Positions 39,828 to 49,234 of a stretch of 64,000 nucleotides of DNA are shown here, in pieces. Origin of the DNA: an uncultured Chloroflexia bacterium (GTDB taxonomy: Bacteria > Chloroflexota > Limnocylindria > Limnocylindrales > CSP1-4). The notes beneath the pieces are model-generated. The model was not told the DNA's origin. It saw only the letters and a program-made list of their open reading frames with translations, and searched no databases. Each line of letters opens with the position of its first letter. The first letter of the stretch is position 1. A program made the position numbers and the translations under genes. The stretch lies in contig CAVYBA010000002.1 of the NCBI GenBank assembly GCA_963766675.1, positions 1,978,806 through 2,042,805 of the forward strand. The letters run 5' to 3'.

Positions 39828-42062
39828 TCAGTGGCGGAAGTGGCGGACCCCGGTCATCAGCATGGTCGCGCCGGCGCGATCCGCCGCGGCGACGGCATCG
39901 GCATCGTGGATCGAGCCGCCGGGCTGGACGAAGGCGCCGACCCCGGCGTCCAGGCAGACCTCGACCGCGTCGGGGAACGGGTAGAACGCGTCCGAGGCGC
40001 ACGACGCATCGCGCAGGGCATCCGCTCCGGCAAACGCGCGCGCCTTTTCGACCGCGCCGCGGGCCGCGTCGACGCGCGATGTCTGGCCCGAGCCCATCCC
40101 GATCAGCCGGCCGTCCTTGACCAGGACGATCGCGTTGGAGCCGACGCCCCGGACGAGCCGCCACGCAAGGTCGAGATCGGCACGCTCGGCGGGCGTCGGC
40201 TCGCGCCGCGTCGCGATCGTCCAGGTCGTCGGATCGTCGCGCAGCGTGTCCGGGCTGGTCACCAGGATCGCGCCGCCCGTCGAACGGATCGAGCCACGGG
40301 GATCGGGCGGTCGCCCGGCCTCGTCCCTGGCGAGCTCCGGGTCGACCAGCAGCCGGACGTTCGGCCTGCGCGCGAGCACCGTGCGCGCGGCGTCGTCGAA
40401 GCCAGGGGCGACGATGACCTCGAGGAAGATCGAGGCGAGGGCCTCCGCGACGACCTCGTCGACCGGCCGGGTCAGCGCCACGACCCCGCCGAACGCGGAC
40501 ACCGGGTCGCCGGCCAGGGCATCCTGCCACGCCTCCAGGAGGGAGGCGCGCTCGGCCGCGCCGCACGGGTTCGTGTGCTTGACGATGACGACCGCCGGAC
40601 CGCGCATCGCCCGCCCGAGGGCATCCGCCGCCGACCCGTCGAGGACGTTGTTGTAGGACAGCGCCTTGCCCTGGAGCGGCGGCTCACCCGTCGCGAACGG
40701 GCCGTCGGCCAGGTCGCTCCCGGGCCGCCGGTAGCGGGCCGCGGGCTGGTGCGGGTTCTCGCCGTAGCGGAGCGTCTCGACCTTCTCGAGCGCGATCGTC
40801 AGCGACGACGGATAGGGGTCGGTGGCGCCGGGCAGGCCGGGCTCGTCCGGCAGGTCGAGGCTCGCGGGCAGGCGCTCGGGCAGCACTTCGGCGATCCGTG
40901 CATCGTAGGCGGCCGTGTGCACGAACGCCTCGACGGCCAGTGCGGCGCGGAGCCCGGTACCGACCCGGCCATCTCGTTCGATCGCGGCCAGGACCGCGTC
41001 GTAGCGCAGCGGCGAGGTCACGATCGCGACGTTGGCGTGGTTCTTGGCCGCTGCCCGGACCATCGACGGCCCGCCGATGTCGATCTCCTCGACCAGCTCG
41101 TCGAAGGTGATCCCGGGTCGCTCCGCGGCGGCGGCGAATGGGTAGAGGTTGACCACGACCAGCTCGAACGGGGCGATCGCGGCCGCAATCAGCTGGCGGC
41201 GGTGGCCGACCTGCCGACGATCGGCCAGGATCCCGCCGTGAACCCGCGGGTGGAGCGTCTTGACCCGCCCATCGAGCATCTCCGGGAAGCCCGTCACTGC
41301 CGCGACATCGGTCACCGAAAGCCCCGCGTCGCGGAGCGCCCTGGACGTGCCGCCGGTGGAGACCAACTCGAAGCCTGCCCGCGCGAGGCCCCCGGCAAAC
41401 GGAACCAATCCCGTCTTGTCGGAAACGGACAGCAACGCCCGGTGCGGCGCAGGCACCGTCCCGTCGGCTCGGTCCACGTCGATCACGACCCGACGCGTGT
41501 CGACCGGCACGGTCAGGGCGTCGGCGACGAGCAGGGCGACGGCGCGTGGCAGGAGCCGATGCTCGACGGCGCGGATCCGTGCATGGAGCGTCTCGGCGTC
41601 GTCGCCCGGCAGGATCGCCACGGCCTCCTGGGCCACGATCGGGCCACCGTCCAGGGTGGCGTCGACGAGATGGACCGTGCAGCCGGTCACCGTCACCCCG
41701 TGACCCAGGGCGTCGGCGACGGCATGGGCTCCCGGGAACGCGGGAAGCAGCGACGGATGCGTATTGAGGATCCGGCCGCCGAATCGCTCGAGGACCCGGG
41801 GCCCGACGATCCGCATGTAGCCGGCAAGTGCCACGACATCCGGCGCCACCGCGTCGAGCGTGGTCGCCAGCGCCGCGTCGTCGCCCCCCGGGACGAGCCC
41901 GGTATCGATCCCTTCCTCGGAGGCCCAGTCGAGTGCCGGGCAGGCGCGATCGGCGAAGACGAACACGATGTCGCCGCCGAGCTCGCCGCGGCCGGCGGCG
42001 GCCGCCAGGGCACGGAGGTTCGACCCGCTGCCGGACACGCCAACCGCGATCCGGCCGGTCAC
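39828..42062 (-). CDS. purH: Fused PurN-PurH: GAR formyltransferase domain (aa 1 to ~205) joined in frame to bifunctional AICAR formyltransferase / IMP cyclohydrolase
   Basis: Single 744-codon ORF; its GTG start overlaps the purM stop (GTGA). PurN motifs GSGSNL, NTHPSLLP and HLVDATLDGGPI. From ~aa 207, RALLSVSDKTGL..GGTSRAL..KTLHPRVHGGIL and the AICARFT domain. No stop or start at the junction (~41440-41470). Confidence 0.88.
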   Translation of the reverse strand: MTGRIAVGVSGSGSNLRALAAAAGRGELGGDIVFVFADRACPALDWASEEGIDTGLVPGGDDAALATTLDAVAPDVVALAGYMRIVGPRVLERFGGRILNTHPSLLPAFPGAHAVADALGHGVTVTGCTVHLVDATLDGGPIVAQEAVAILPGDDAETLHARIRAVEHRLLPRAVALLVADALTVPVDTRRVVIDVDRADGTVPAPHRALLSVSDKTGLVPFAGGLARAGFELVSTGGTSRALRDAGLSVTDVAAVTGFPEMLDGRVKTLHPRVHGGILADRRQVGHRRQLIAAAIAPFELVVVNLYPFAAAAERPGITFDELVEEIDIGGPSMVRAAAKNHANVAIVTSPLRYDAVLAAIERDGRVGTGLRAALAVEAFVHTAAYDARIAEVLPERLPASLDLPDEPGLPGATDPYPSSLTIALEKVETLRYGENPHQPAARYRRPGSDLADGPFATGEPPLQGKALSYNNVLDGSAADALGRAMRGPAVVIVKHTNPCGAAERASLLEAWQDALAGDPVSAFGGVVALTRPVDEVVAEALASIFLEVIVAPGFDDAARTVLARRPNVRLLVDPELARDEAGRPPDPRGSIRSTGGAILVTSPDTLRDDPTTWTIATRREPTPAERADLDLAWRLVRGVGSNAIVLVKDGRLIGMGSGQTSRVDAARGAVEKARAFAGADALRDASCASDAFYPFPDAVEVCLDAGVGAFVQPGGSIHDADAVAAADRAGATMLMTGVRHFRH

Positions 42063-43204
42063 GCGTGACCCTCGAGCGGCGCCTCGACATACCGCGCGCC
42101 GCCGATCGCATCACCCTCCACGACCTCGCCGATCAGCGTGGCTTCGAGGTCCTGTTCGGCGAACGCGGTGATCGCCGCCGCCACGACTGCCGGCGGCACG
42201 ACCGCGACCATCCCGATCCCGCCGTTGAAGGTGGCTCGCACTTCCTCGTCGTCCATCCCGGCCAGCGCGCCGAGCAGGCGCATGACCGAGGGCATCGGCC
42301 AGCGCGCCGGGTCGATCCTCGCCCCGAGACCTCCGGGAAGGGCGCGCGGGACGTTGCCCCGGAGCCCGCCGCCGGTGATGTGGGCCAGGCCGCGCAGCTC
42401 CCGACCCTGCCCGGCCAACACGTCCCGTACCCGGAGCAGGCTCCGGGCGTAGATCCGGGTCGGTGTTAGGAGCACCTCACCGAGCGTCGTCATCGCCTCG
42501 TGCGGCGCGCGCCCGAGGGCCTCGTCGGTCGCCGCGTCGCCGAGGGTCCGGCGCAGCCGCGCCTGGTACGGCTCCGCCAGGCTGAGCTCCCACTGGGTCA
42601 CCAGTGACCGAACCAGCGAGTAGCCATTCGAGTGGAGCCCGGACGAGGCCAGGCCGACGATCGCGTCGCCGACGCGGACGGCGGAGCCATCGAGCATCCG
42701 CGACCGCTCGACGACGCCGATCGCGGCGCCCGCCAGGTCGAACGCGTCGGCGGCCATCAGGCCCGGGTGCTCGGCGGTCTCGCCACCGACCAGCGCGCAG
42801 CCCGCCTCTCGGCAACCGGCGGCCACGCCGCTGACCAGCTCGGACACGGCGGCCGGGTCGAGCTCGCCGACGGCCACGTAGTCGAGGAAGGCCAGAGGCT
42901 CCGCACCCGTGCAGGCGATGTCGTCGACGCACATCGCGACCAGGTCGATCCCGATCGTGTCGAAGCGCCCGACCGCCGCCGCGATCGCCGTCTTGGTCCC
43001 GACGCCGTCGGTCGAAGCCACGAGCACCGGCTCGCGATATCCCGCAGGCACGGTGAAGGCGCCGCCGAAGCCGCCGATCCCGCCGAGCACCTCGACGCGC
43101 CGGGTCGACTCGACGTGGGCGCGAATGAGGTCGACGGCCCGCATCCCGGCGTCGACGTCGACGCCGGCGGCCCGGTACGCGCGCCTCGAATCAGCCACGG
43201 TCAT
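42059..43204 (-). CDS. purM: Phosphoribosylformylglycinamidine cyclo-ligase (AIR synthetase)
   Basis: 381 aa. Colinear with PurM (STDGVGTKTAIA, GLASSGLHSNGYSL). Confidence 0.93.
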   Translation of the reverse strand: MTVADSRRAYRAAGVDVDAGMRAVDLIRAHVESTRRVEVLGGIGGFGGAFTVPAGYREPVLVASTDGVGTKTAIAAAVGRFDTIGIDLVAMCVDDIACTGAEPLAFLDYVAVGELDPAAVSELVSGVAAGCREAGCALVGGETAEHPGLMAADAFDLAGAAIGVVERSRMLDGSAVRVGDAIVGLASSGLHSNGYSLVRSLVTQWELSLAEPYQARLRRTLGDAATDEALGRAPHEAMTTLGEVLLTPTRIYARSLLRVRDVLAGQGRELRGLAHITGGGLRGNVPRALPGGLGARIDPARWPMPSVMRLLGALAGMDDEEVRATFNGGIGMVAVVPPAVVAAAITAFAEQDLEATLIGEVVEGDAIGGARYVEAPLEGHA

Positions 43205-43216
43205 CCTCGACCGGTC

Positions 43217-43347
43217 GGCGCCGCTCCGGCGAGGTCAGGCCAAGGCGACGCCGAGCACGTGAGCGCGCGCACCTCCAGGTGCGTAAGCAGGTGCGTAAGC
43301 GAGCGCGCGCAGGCGGCAACGCGGGCATGGCCCGCCGGAGCGGCGCC
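43217..43347 (-). repeat. Perfect 15-bp inverted repeat (GGCGCCGCTCCGGCG / CGCCGGAGCGGCGCC) enclosing 101 nt that contain a 12-bp tandem duplication
   Basis: Arms at 43217-43231 and 43333-43347, verified base by base. Inside, aggtgcgtaagc appears twice (43277-43300), flanked by gagcgcgcgc twice (43261-70 and 43301-10). Fills the purF-purM spacer. Confidence 0.8.
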
Positions 43348-43348
43348 T

Positions 43349-44809
43349 TCATCTGACCGCCACTCCCTCTTCGAGGATGAATTTGCGCCTCGCGGCGTCA
43401 TATGGCACGGGATCTGGGTAATGTCCATCGAAGCAGGCGAAGCAGAAGCGCTCGTATGGCAGGTCCAGCGCGGCCAGGACGCCGCGGATCGACAGGTAAC
43501 CGAGCGAATCCGCACCGATGAAGTCGCGGATCTCGTCCTCGGTGTGGTTCGCGGCGATCAGCTCGGTCTCGACCTGGGTGTCGATGCCGTAGAAACACGG
43601 GTGGTAGATCGGCGGCGCGCTGATCCGGACATGGACCTCGGTCGCACCCGCCCGGCGAAGCAGGTCGACGATCCGCTTGGTGGTGGTCCCACGCACGATC
43701 GAGTCGTCGACGACGATGAGGCGCTTGCCGGCGACCACGGCGGGCAGCGGGTTGAGCTTGACGGTCACGCCGCGGTGGCGCAGCCCGGCCGACGGCTGGA
43801 TGAACGTCCGACCGGCATACCGGTTGCGATACATCCCCTCGCGATACGGGATCCCCGACGCCTCGGCATAGCCGGCCGCTGCCGGGGCACCGGTGTCCGG
43901 GACGGGCATCACCAGGTCGGCGTCGGCGGGGTGCTCGTCGGCGAGCTGCATGCCCATCCTTCGCCGCGACTCGTACAGGTTGCGTCCCTCCATGTACGAG
44001 TCCGGGCGGGCGAAATAGATGAGCTCGAAGACGCACGACGCCGGCGTCGCGGTTGCATAGCGGACGGATCGTGGCGGTTGGCCCGGCTCGAGCACGATCA
44101 GCTCGCCCGGCTCCACGTCCCGCACGTACTCCGCACCGACGATGTCCAGCCCGGCGGTCTCAGACGACAGGCACCAGCCGGTCGCAGCGTCGTCGTCGCC
44201 CTGCCACAGCCCGTCGTCGCGGCCGCCGACGGCCGGTCGAGGCAGCCGCCCGAGGACGAGCGGCCGGAACCCGAACGGATCGCGCACGCCGATCACCCGG
44301 CGCTCGTCGAGGACGACCAGCGCGAAGGCGCCGCGTACCCGCGGAAGGACGCGCTGGAGCGCCTCGACCGTGTCGGCCGCGGGCTCGTCGGCGAGCAGCG
44401 CCGTCAGGAGCTCGGTGTCGGTCGACGCCGGCAGGCGGGTCCGGCCGCCCTGGAGCTGCCCGAGCAGCTCGCGCGTGTTGATCAGGTTGCCGTTGTGGCC
44501 GATCGCCAGCGCCCGTCGCGGTCCGAGGCGATAGGTCGGCTGTGCGTTCTCCCAGATCGTCGAGCCGGTGGTCGAGTAGCGGCAGTGCGCGATCGCCAGC
44601 CCGCCCCGTAGGCTCGGCAGGCGATGCTCGTCGAGCACCGAGCTGATCATTCCGAGGTCCTTGTAGAGCATCAGCTGCTCGCCGTCGCTGACGGCCAGCC
44701 CGGCCGATTCCTGGCCACGATGCTGGAGCGCGAAGAGCCCGAGTGCGGCGATCGAGGCGGCATCCGTCGGTTCGCCGCCCGGTAGGACCGCACCGAAGAC
44801 GCCGCACAT
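43349..44809 (-). CDS. purF: Amidophosphoribosyltransferase
   Basis: 486 aa. N-terminal MCGVFG (Ntn Cys) and a PRTase motif region. Confidence 0.95.
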   Translation of the reverse strand: MCGVFGAVLPGGEPTDAASIAALGLFALQHRGQESAGLAVSDGEQLMLYKDLGMISSVLDEHRLPSLRGGLAIAHCRYSTTGSTIWENAQPTYRLGPRRALAIGHNGNLINTRELLGQLQGGRTRLPASTDTELLTALLADEPAADTVEALQRVLPRVRGAFALVVLDERRVIGVRDPFGFRPLVLGRLPRPAVGGRDDGLWQGDDDAATGWCLSSETAGLDIVGAEYVRDVEPGELIVLEPGQPPRSVRYATATPASCVFELIYFARPDSYMEGRNLYESRRRMGMQLADEHPADADLVMPVPDTGAPAAAGYAEASGIPYREGMYRNRYAGRTFIQPSAGLRHRGVTVKLNPLPAVVAGKRLIVVDDSIVRGTTTKRIVDLLRRAGATEVHVRISAPPIYHPCFYGIDTQVETELIAANHTEDEIRDFIGADSLGYLSIRGVLAALDLPYERFCFACFDGHYPDPVPYDAARRKFILEEGVAVR

Positions 44810-44812
44810 CGG

Positions 44813-47137
44813 TCAGCCCTCCCAGCCCAGCGCCCGGCCGAGACCATGCTCCCACGCATGGCGGAGCTCGTGGATCGACACCTCCAGCGTGTCGGCGACC
44901 CGGCCACCGCGCTCCTCGGCGGCCCCCATCGCGGTGGCTGACGTCGCCTCGATGACGAGCCTGTCGCCTCCCACCGCGCCGATCGGCTCGACCGGCAGCC
45001 CGTGCTGGCGGGCCAGCAGGACGAGCGCCGCCGTGTGGGCCGGACGTGCGCTGATCACCAGCCGGGATGGGCTCTCGCCGAACAGCCCGACGGCGGGCGA
45101 CCCGACGTGCGCCAGCCGCGCCGTCGCGCCGAGCCCGCCCCAGATCGAGGCCTCGGCGAGGGCCACCGCCAGGCCGCCGCCGGACACGTCCTGCGCCGAG
45201 GCGACCAGGCCGCGCGCAATCGCTTCGCGGATGAAGGCCTGGACGGCAGCCTCGCGCGACAGGTCGAGGTCCGGCGGCGTGTCGTCGGCCGTGATGCCGG
45301 CCAGGTCGGCGTAGGCGGAGCCGACCAGGCCGGGTGTCGAGTCGCCGACCAGGACGATCGTGTCGCCGGCATCGAGGAACGCCGGGCCAACCAGGCCGGC
45401 GATGTCGTCGAGGAGGCCGACCACGCCGATCTCCGGCGTCGGTGCGATCCGACCGTTCGGCAATTCGTTGTAGAGCGAGACATTGCCGCCGGTGACCGGG
45501 AGACCGAGCGCGCGGCACGCGTCGGACAGTCCGCGGACCCCCTCGGTCAGTTGCCAGAACGCGTCGGGCCGGGTCGGGTCGCCATAGTTGAGGCAGTTCG
45601 TGACGCCAAGCGGCCGGGCTCCCGTGATCGACACGTTACGTGTTGCCTCCGCCACGGAGAGCGCGGCAGCAAGCCACGGATCCACGAGTCCGACCGACTG
45701 GTTCCCGTCGGTGGTCGCCACCAGCGCCTTGGTCGTTCCCTTGACGCGCAGGACGGCGGCCCCGCGGCCGGGTCCGGCGACCGTGTCGGTGCCGACCGTG
45801 GAGTCGTATTGCCGGAAGACGGCCCGACGCGATGACAGGTTGGCCGAGCCGAGCAAGGCGAGGAGGACCGCTCCCGGGTCCATCCCGCGCTCGGGAAGCC
45901 GGTCGCCTGCCGACGCGGGCACACCGGGTGCCGGCGCACCGCGGCGGTGCGCGGGCGGGCGGGCGATCCGGGCGTGCACGATCGCATCGCTGGTCAGCGC
46001 CCTGGCCGGGATTCGGCCGATCTCGCGCGAACCGGCGGCGGGTCGGCCGGCGTCGTCCAGCCCGCCCTCGACCACGGCGATGTCGCCATCGTCGGTCACC
46101 CGGCCGATGATCGCGGTCGGCAGACCCCAGCGTTGGCAGACCTCCTCGACGGCCGGCCAGCGGTCCGGCCTGACCGCCGCGCACATCCGCTCCTGGGATT
46201 CCGAGATCATCACCTCGAACGGTTCCAGGCCAGGCTCACGTCGCGGGACGGCATCGAGGTCGACGAGGATTCCGGTGCCGGCGCGATCGGCGGTTTCGGA
46301 GGTCGCGCAGGTGATGCCGCCGGCGCCGAGATCCTGGAGGCCCTCGACGAGGCCGCGCTCGATGAGCTCGAGCGACGCCTCAATCAGCAGCTTCTCGGCG
46401 AACGGGTCTCCGACCTGGACCGATGGGCGTTTGGACGGATCCTCGTCCGTGAAGGTGGCACTGGCGAGGACGGAGGCGCCGCCGATCCCGTCGCGACCGG
46501 TCGCCGAGCCGTAGAGCACGACGAGGTTGCCCGGCCCCGGCGCAGAGGCCAGCGTCAGGCGGTCCTCTCGGAGCAGCCCGATCGCCATGACGTTGACCAG
46601 CGGGTTGCCGGCATAGCTCGGGTCGAACACGAGCTCGCCACCGACCGTCGGCACACCGACGCAGTTGCCGTAGCCGCCCACGCCGCGGACCACGCCGTCC
46701 ACCAGGTGGCGGGTACGCGGGTCGGCCGGGTCGCCAAAGCGGAGCGCATCGAGGATCGCGATCGGGCGGGCGCCCATCGTGAAGATGTCCCGCAGGATCC
46801 CACCGACGCCGGTGGCGGCGCCCTGATACGGCTCGACGGCCGACGGGTGGTTGTGCGACTCGATCTTGAACGCGACGGCGAGCCCGTCCCCGATCGAGAT
46901 CACACCGGCATTCTCGCCTGGGCCTGCGACGACGTCAGTACCCTCGGTCGGCAGCGTCCGGAGCAGTGGTTTGGAGCTCTTGTACGAGCAGTGCTCGCTC
47001 CACATCACGCTGAACATCGCCAGCTCGAGGTCGTTCGGGTCGCGCCCGCCCAGCCGGTCGCGGATCGCGTCGAGCTCGTCGTCCGTCACGCCGAGCCGGC
47101 GGTGGAGCGGGTCGACGGGCCGGTCCGCGATCGTCAT
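44813..47137 (-). CDS. purL: Phosphoribosylformylglycinamidine synthase subunit PurL (FGAM synthase II)
   Basis: 774 aa. [28 protein letters not shown] and a duplicated AIRS-like architecture. Confidence 0.95.
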   Translation of the reverse strand: MTIADRPVDPLHRRLGVTDDELDAIRDRLGGRDPNDLELAMFSVMWSEHCSYKSSKPLLRTLPTEGTDVVAGPGENAGVISIGDGLAVAFKIESHNHPSAVEPYQGAATGVGGILRDIFTMGARPIAILDALRFGDPADPRTRHLVDGVVRGVGGYGNCVGVPTVGGELVFDPSYAGNPLVNVMAIGLLREDRLTLASAPGPGNLVVLYGSATGRDGIGGASVLASATFTDEDPSKRPSVQVGDPFAEKLLIEASLELIERGLVEGLQDLGAGGITCATSETADRAGTGILVDLDAVPRREPGLEPFEVMISESQERMCAAVRPDRWPAVEEVCQRWGLPTAIIGRVTDDGDIAVVEGGLDDAGRPAAGSREIGRIPARALTSDAIVHARIARPPAHRRGAPAPGVPASAGDRLPERGMDPGAVLLALLGSANLSSRRAVFRQYDSTVGTDTVAGPGRGAAVLRVKGTTKALVATTDGNQSVGLVDPWLAAALSVAEATRNVSITGARPLGVTNCLNYGDPTRPDAFWQLTEGVRGLSDACRALGLPVTGGNVSLYNELPNGRIAPTPEIGVVGLLDDIAGLVGPAFLDAGDTIVLVGDSTPGLVGSAYADLAGITADDTPPDLDLSREAAVQAFIREAIARGLVASAQDVSGGGLAVALAEASIWGGLGATARLAHVGSPAVGLFGESPSRLVISARPAHTAALVLLARQHGLPVEPIGAVGGDRLVIEATSATAMGAAEERGGRVADTLEVSIHELRHAWEHGLGRALGWEG

Positions 47138-47877
47138 CGGGTGGCGACCTCCAGGGTCGCTCCCCCGCCGGCTGCCCGTGCGGCGCTCTCAACCAGCGAG
47201 CGGATGATCCCCATCCCGTCGTCCGACCCCAGGATCGCCTCGGCCGCGCGTTCCGGGTGCGGCATGAGTCCGGCGACGTTTCCGGTGGCGTTGATGACGC
47301 CGGCGATCGCCCGGAGCGAGCCGTTGGGATTGGCCGGAGTGCCGGGCTGGGCGTCGGCGCCGTCGGCATCGACGTAGCGGAACAGGACCTGCCGGCGACC
47401 TTCCAGCTCGTCCAGGGTGGCGTCGTCCGCGTAGTAGCAGCCCTCGCCGTGCGCCACCGGCATCCGCAGGACCCGGCGCGGTTCCAGCGCGTGGGTGAAC
47501 GCGGTGTCCACTCGTTCGGCGGCGATCGCGACCTCCAGGCCGGCAAAGCGGAGCGACTGGTTCCGCAGCAGGGCGCCGGGCACCAGTCCGGCCTCCGCCA
47601 GGACCTGGAAGCCGTTGCAGATCCCGAGGACGAGCCCGCCCGCACCGGCAAACGCGGCGACGGCTCGCATGACCGGACTGAACCGGGCGATCACCCCGGC
47701 CCGCAGGTAGTCACCGTACGCGAACCCCCCCGGCAGGACGACTGCGGCGACGCCATCGAGCGAGGCCTGCTCGTGCCACAGCACGACCGGCTCGGCACCG
47801 GCGACATCGAGGGCGTGGATCGTGTCGCGGTCGCAGTTGCTGCCCGGGAAGACCACCACCCCGATCCGAGCCGGCAC
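47134..47877 (-). CDS. purQ: Phosphoribosylformylglycinamidine synthase subunit PurQ (glutaminase)
   Basis: 247 aa, GTG start. Catalytic [13 protein letters not shown] overlap with purL. Confidence 0.93.
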   Translation of the reverse strand: MPARIGVVVFPGSNCDRDTIHALDVAGAEPVVLWHEQASLDGVAAVVLPGGFAYGDYLRAGVIARFSPVMRAVAAFAGAGGLVLGICNGFQVLAEAGLVPGALLRNQSLRFAGLEVAIAAERVDTAFTHALEPRRVLRMPVAHGEGCYYADDATLDELEGRRQVLFRYVDADGADAQPGTPANPNGSLRAIAGVINATGNVAGLMPHPERAAEAILGSDDGMGIIRSLVESAARAAGGGATLEVATR

Positions 47878-47879
47878 GC

Positions 47880-48170
47880 TCAGGCCTCTCCCACCGCGAC
47901 ACCCGTCACCGACGACGCCCGGCCGATCGTCTCGACGTCGTACACCTCGATGAGCGGATTGGACAGCAGCTCGCGAGCCAGCCGATCCACGACGCTGCGC
48001 CCTTCCGGCTCGTCGGCAGCCTCGACCGTAAGCTCGACCCGCCGGCCGACGCGCACGGCGCTCACGCCGCTGATCCCGAGGTGGCCGAGGCTCCCTTCGA
48101 CGGCTCTTCCCTGCGGATCGAGGATGCCGGGCTTCGGCGTCACGTTGACCGCGAACCGATAGCTGGTCAT
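47880..48170 (-). CDS. purS: Phosphoribosylformylglycinamidine synthase subunit PurS
   Basis: 96 aa from ATG 48170, overlapping the purC stop (ATGA). V.V.PKPGILDPQGRAVE pattern. The track ORF start at 48305 is rejected. Confidence 0.85.
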   Translation of the reverse strand: MTSYRFAVNVTPKPGILDPQGRAVEGSLGHLGISGVSAVRVGRRVELTVEAADEPEGRSVVDRLARELLSNPLIEVYDVETIGRASSVTGVAVGEA

Positions 48171-49234
48171 GGGGCGATGACGTCCTCCCTGAGGTACCGC
48201 TCGAAGCTCGCGCCGGTGATCCGCTCGTAGGCTTCGATGTAACGGGAGCGGGTGCCGTCGATCACGTCGGGCGGCAGAGCCGGACCCGGGTCCGTCTTGT
48301 CCCACGGCTGGCGCTCCAGCCAGTCGCGCACGAACTGCTTGTCGAAGCTGGCCTGGGGGCGGCCGGGTTCGTACGTGGCGGCATCCCAGAACCGGGACGA
48401 GTCGGGGGTCATGACCTCGTCGATGAGGATGAGGTTGTCCTGGGCGAGGCCCGAGAACACCTGCGGCCGGCGCCCCGGAGAACGGTCGCGCCGGATCTGC
48501 TCCTCGGGCGGCCCGATGGGAGCGTCCTGATCACCGGTCATCGCGTACCCGAACTCGAACTTCGTGTCGGCCAGGATGATCCCGCGCCGCGCCGCGACGG
48601 CCGCGCCGTAGCCGTAGAGCCGCAGCGCGACGTCGCGGATCACCTCGGCCGGCGGTCCAGCGAGATCGGTGCGGCCACCCCAGTGTGCCGCCAGGTGCTC
48701 GATCATCCCCTCGAAGCTGACGTTCTGGTCATGCTCGCCCCGCTCCGCCTTGGTGGCCGGTGTGAAGATCGGCTCCGGCAACCGGTCGCTCTCGCGCAGC
48801 CCTGGCGGCAAGGCGATCCCGCAGACCGTTCCGCGTTCCCGGTACTCCTTCCATCCAGATCCGGACAAGTAGCCGCGGACCACCGCCTCGACCGGAAGGA
48901 CGGCCGCCGGACGGCAGATCATGATCCGGCCCCGGATGGGATCGAGCGATCCGAGGTCGGGTGGCTCATTCCCGGCAGCTCGAATCTCCCCGGCCAGGGT
49001 GCCGACGAGGATCCCGGGGTCCGTGTCGAGCAGGTGGTTGGGGATCATGGACGCCGTCTCAGCGAACCAGAATTGGGAGATCGCCGTCAGGACGCGGCCC
49101 TTGTCGGGGACCAACGTCGGGAGCACGACGTCGAACGCGCTGATCCGATCGGACGCGACCAGGACCACTCGTCCGTCGTTGAGCCGGTACAGGTCGCGCA
49201 CCTTGCCCGAGCGGAGATATGAGTCAGCCAGCAT
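48167..49234 (-). CDS. purC: SAICAR synthetase, with insertions relative to typical PurC
   Basis: 355 aa. GKVRDLY, SDRISAFD, LADTKFEFG and TPDSSRFW motifs. Confidence 0.9.
   Translation of the reverse strand: MLADSYLRSGKVRDLYRLNDGRVVLVASDRISAFDVVLPTLVPDKGRVLTAISQFWFAETASMIPNHLLDTDPGILVGTLAGEIRAAGNEPPDLGSLDPIRGRIMICRPAAVLPVEAVVRGYLSGSGWKEYRERGTVCGIALPPGLRESDRLPEPIFTPATKAERGEHDQNVSFEGMIEHLAAHWGGRTDLAGPPAEVIRDVALRLYGYGAAVAARRGIILADTKFEFGYAMTGDQDAPIGPPEEQIRRDRSPGRRPQVFSGLAQDNLILIDEVMTPDSSRFWDAATYEPGRPQASFDKQFVRDWLERQPWDKTDPGPALPPDVIDGTRSRYIEAYERITGASFERYLREDVIAP

Noticed and set aside
39831-47377. Long plus-strand ORFs antisense to the purine operon (39831-42068, 42632-44611, 45002-45835, 45947-47377 and similar)
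   Set aside because: All mirror strongly supported pur genes, have no motifs, and show the biased composition typical of antisense frames in GC-rich DNA.
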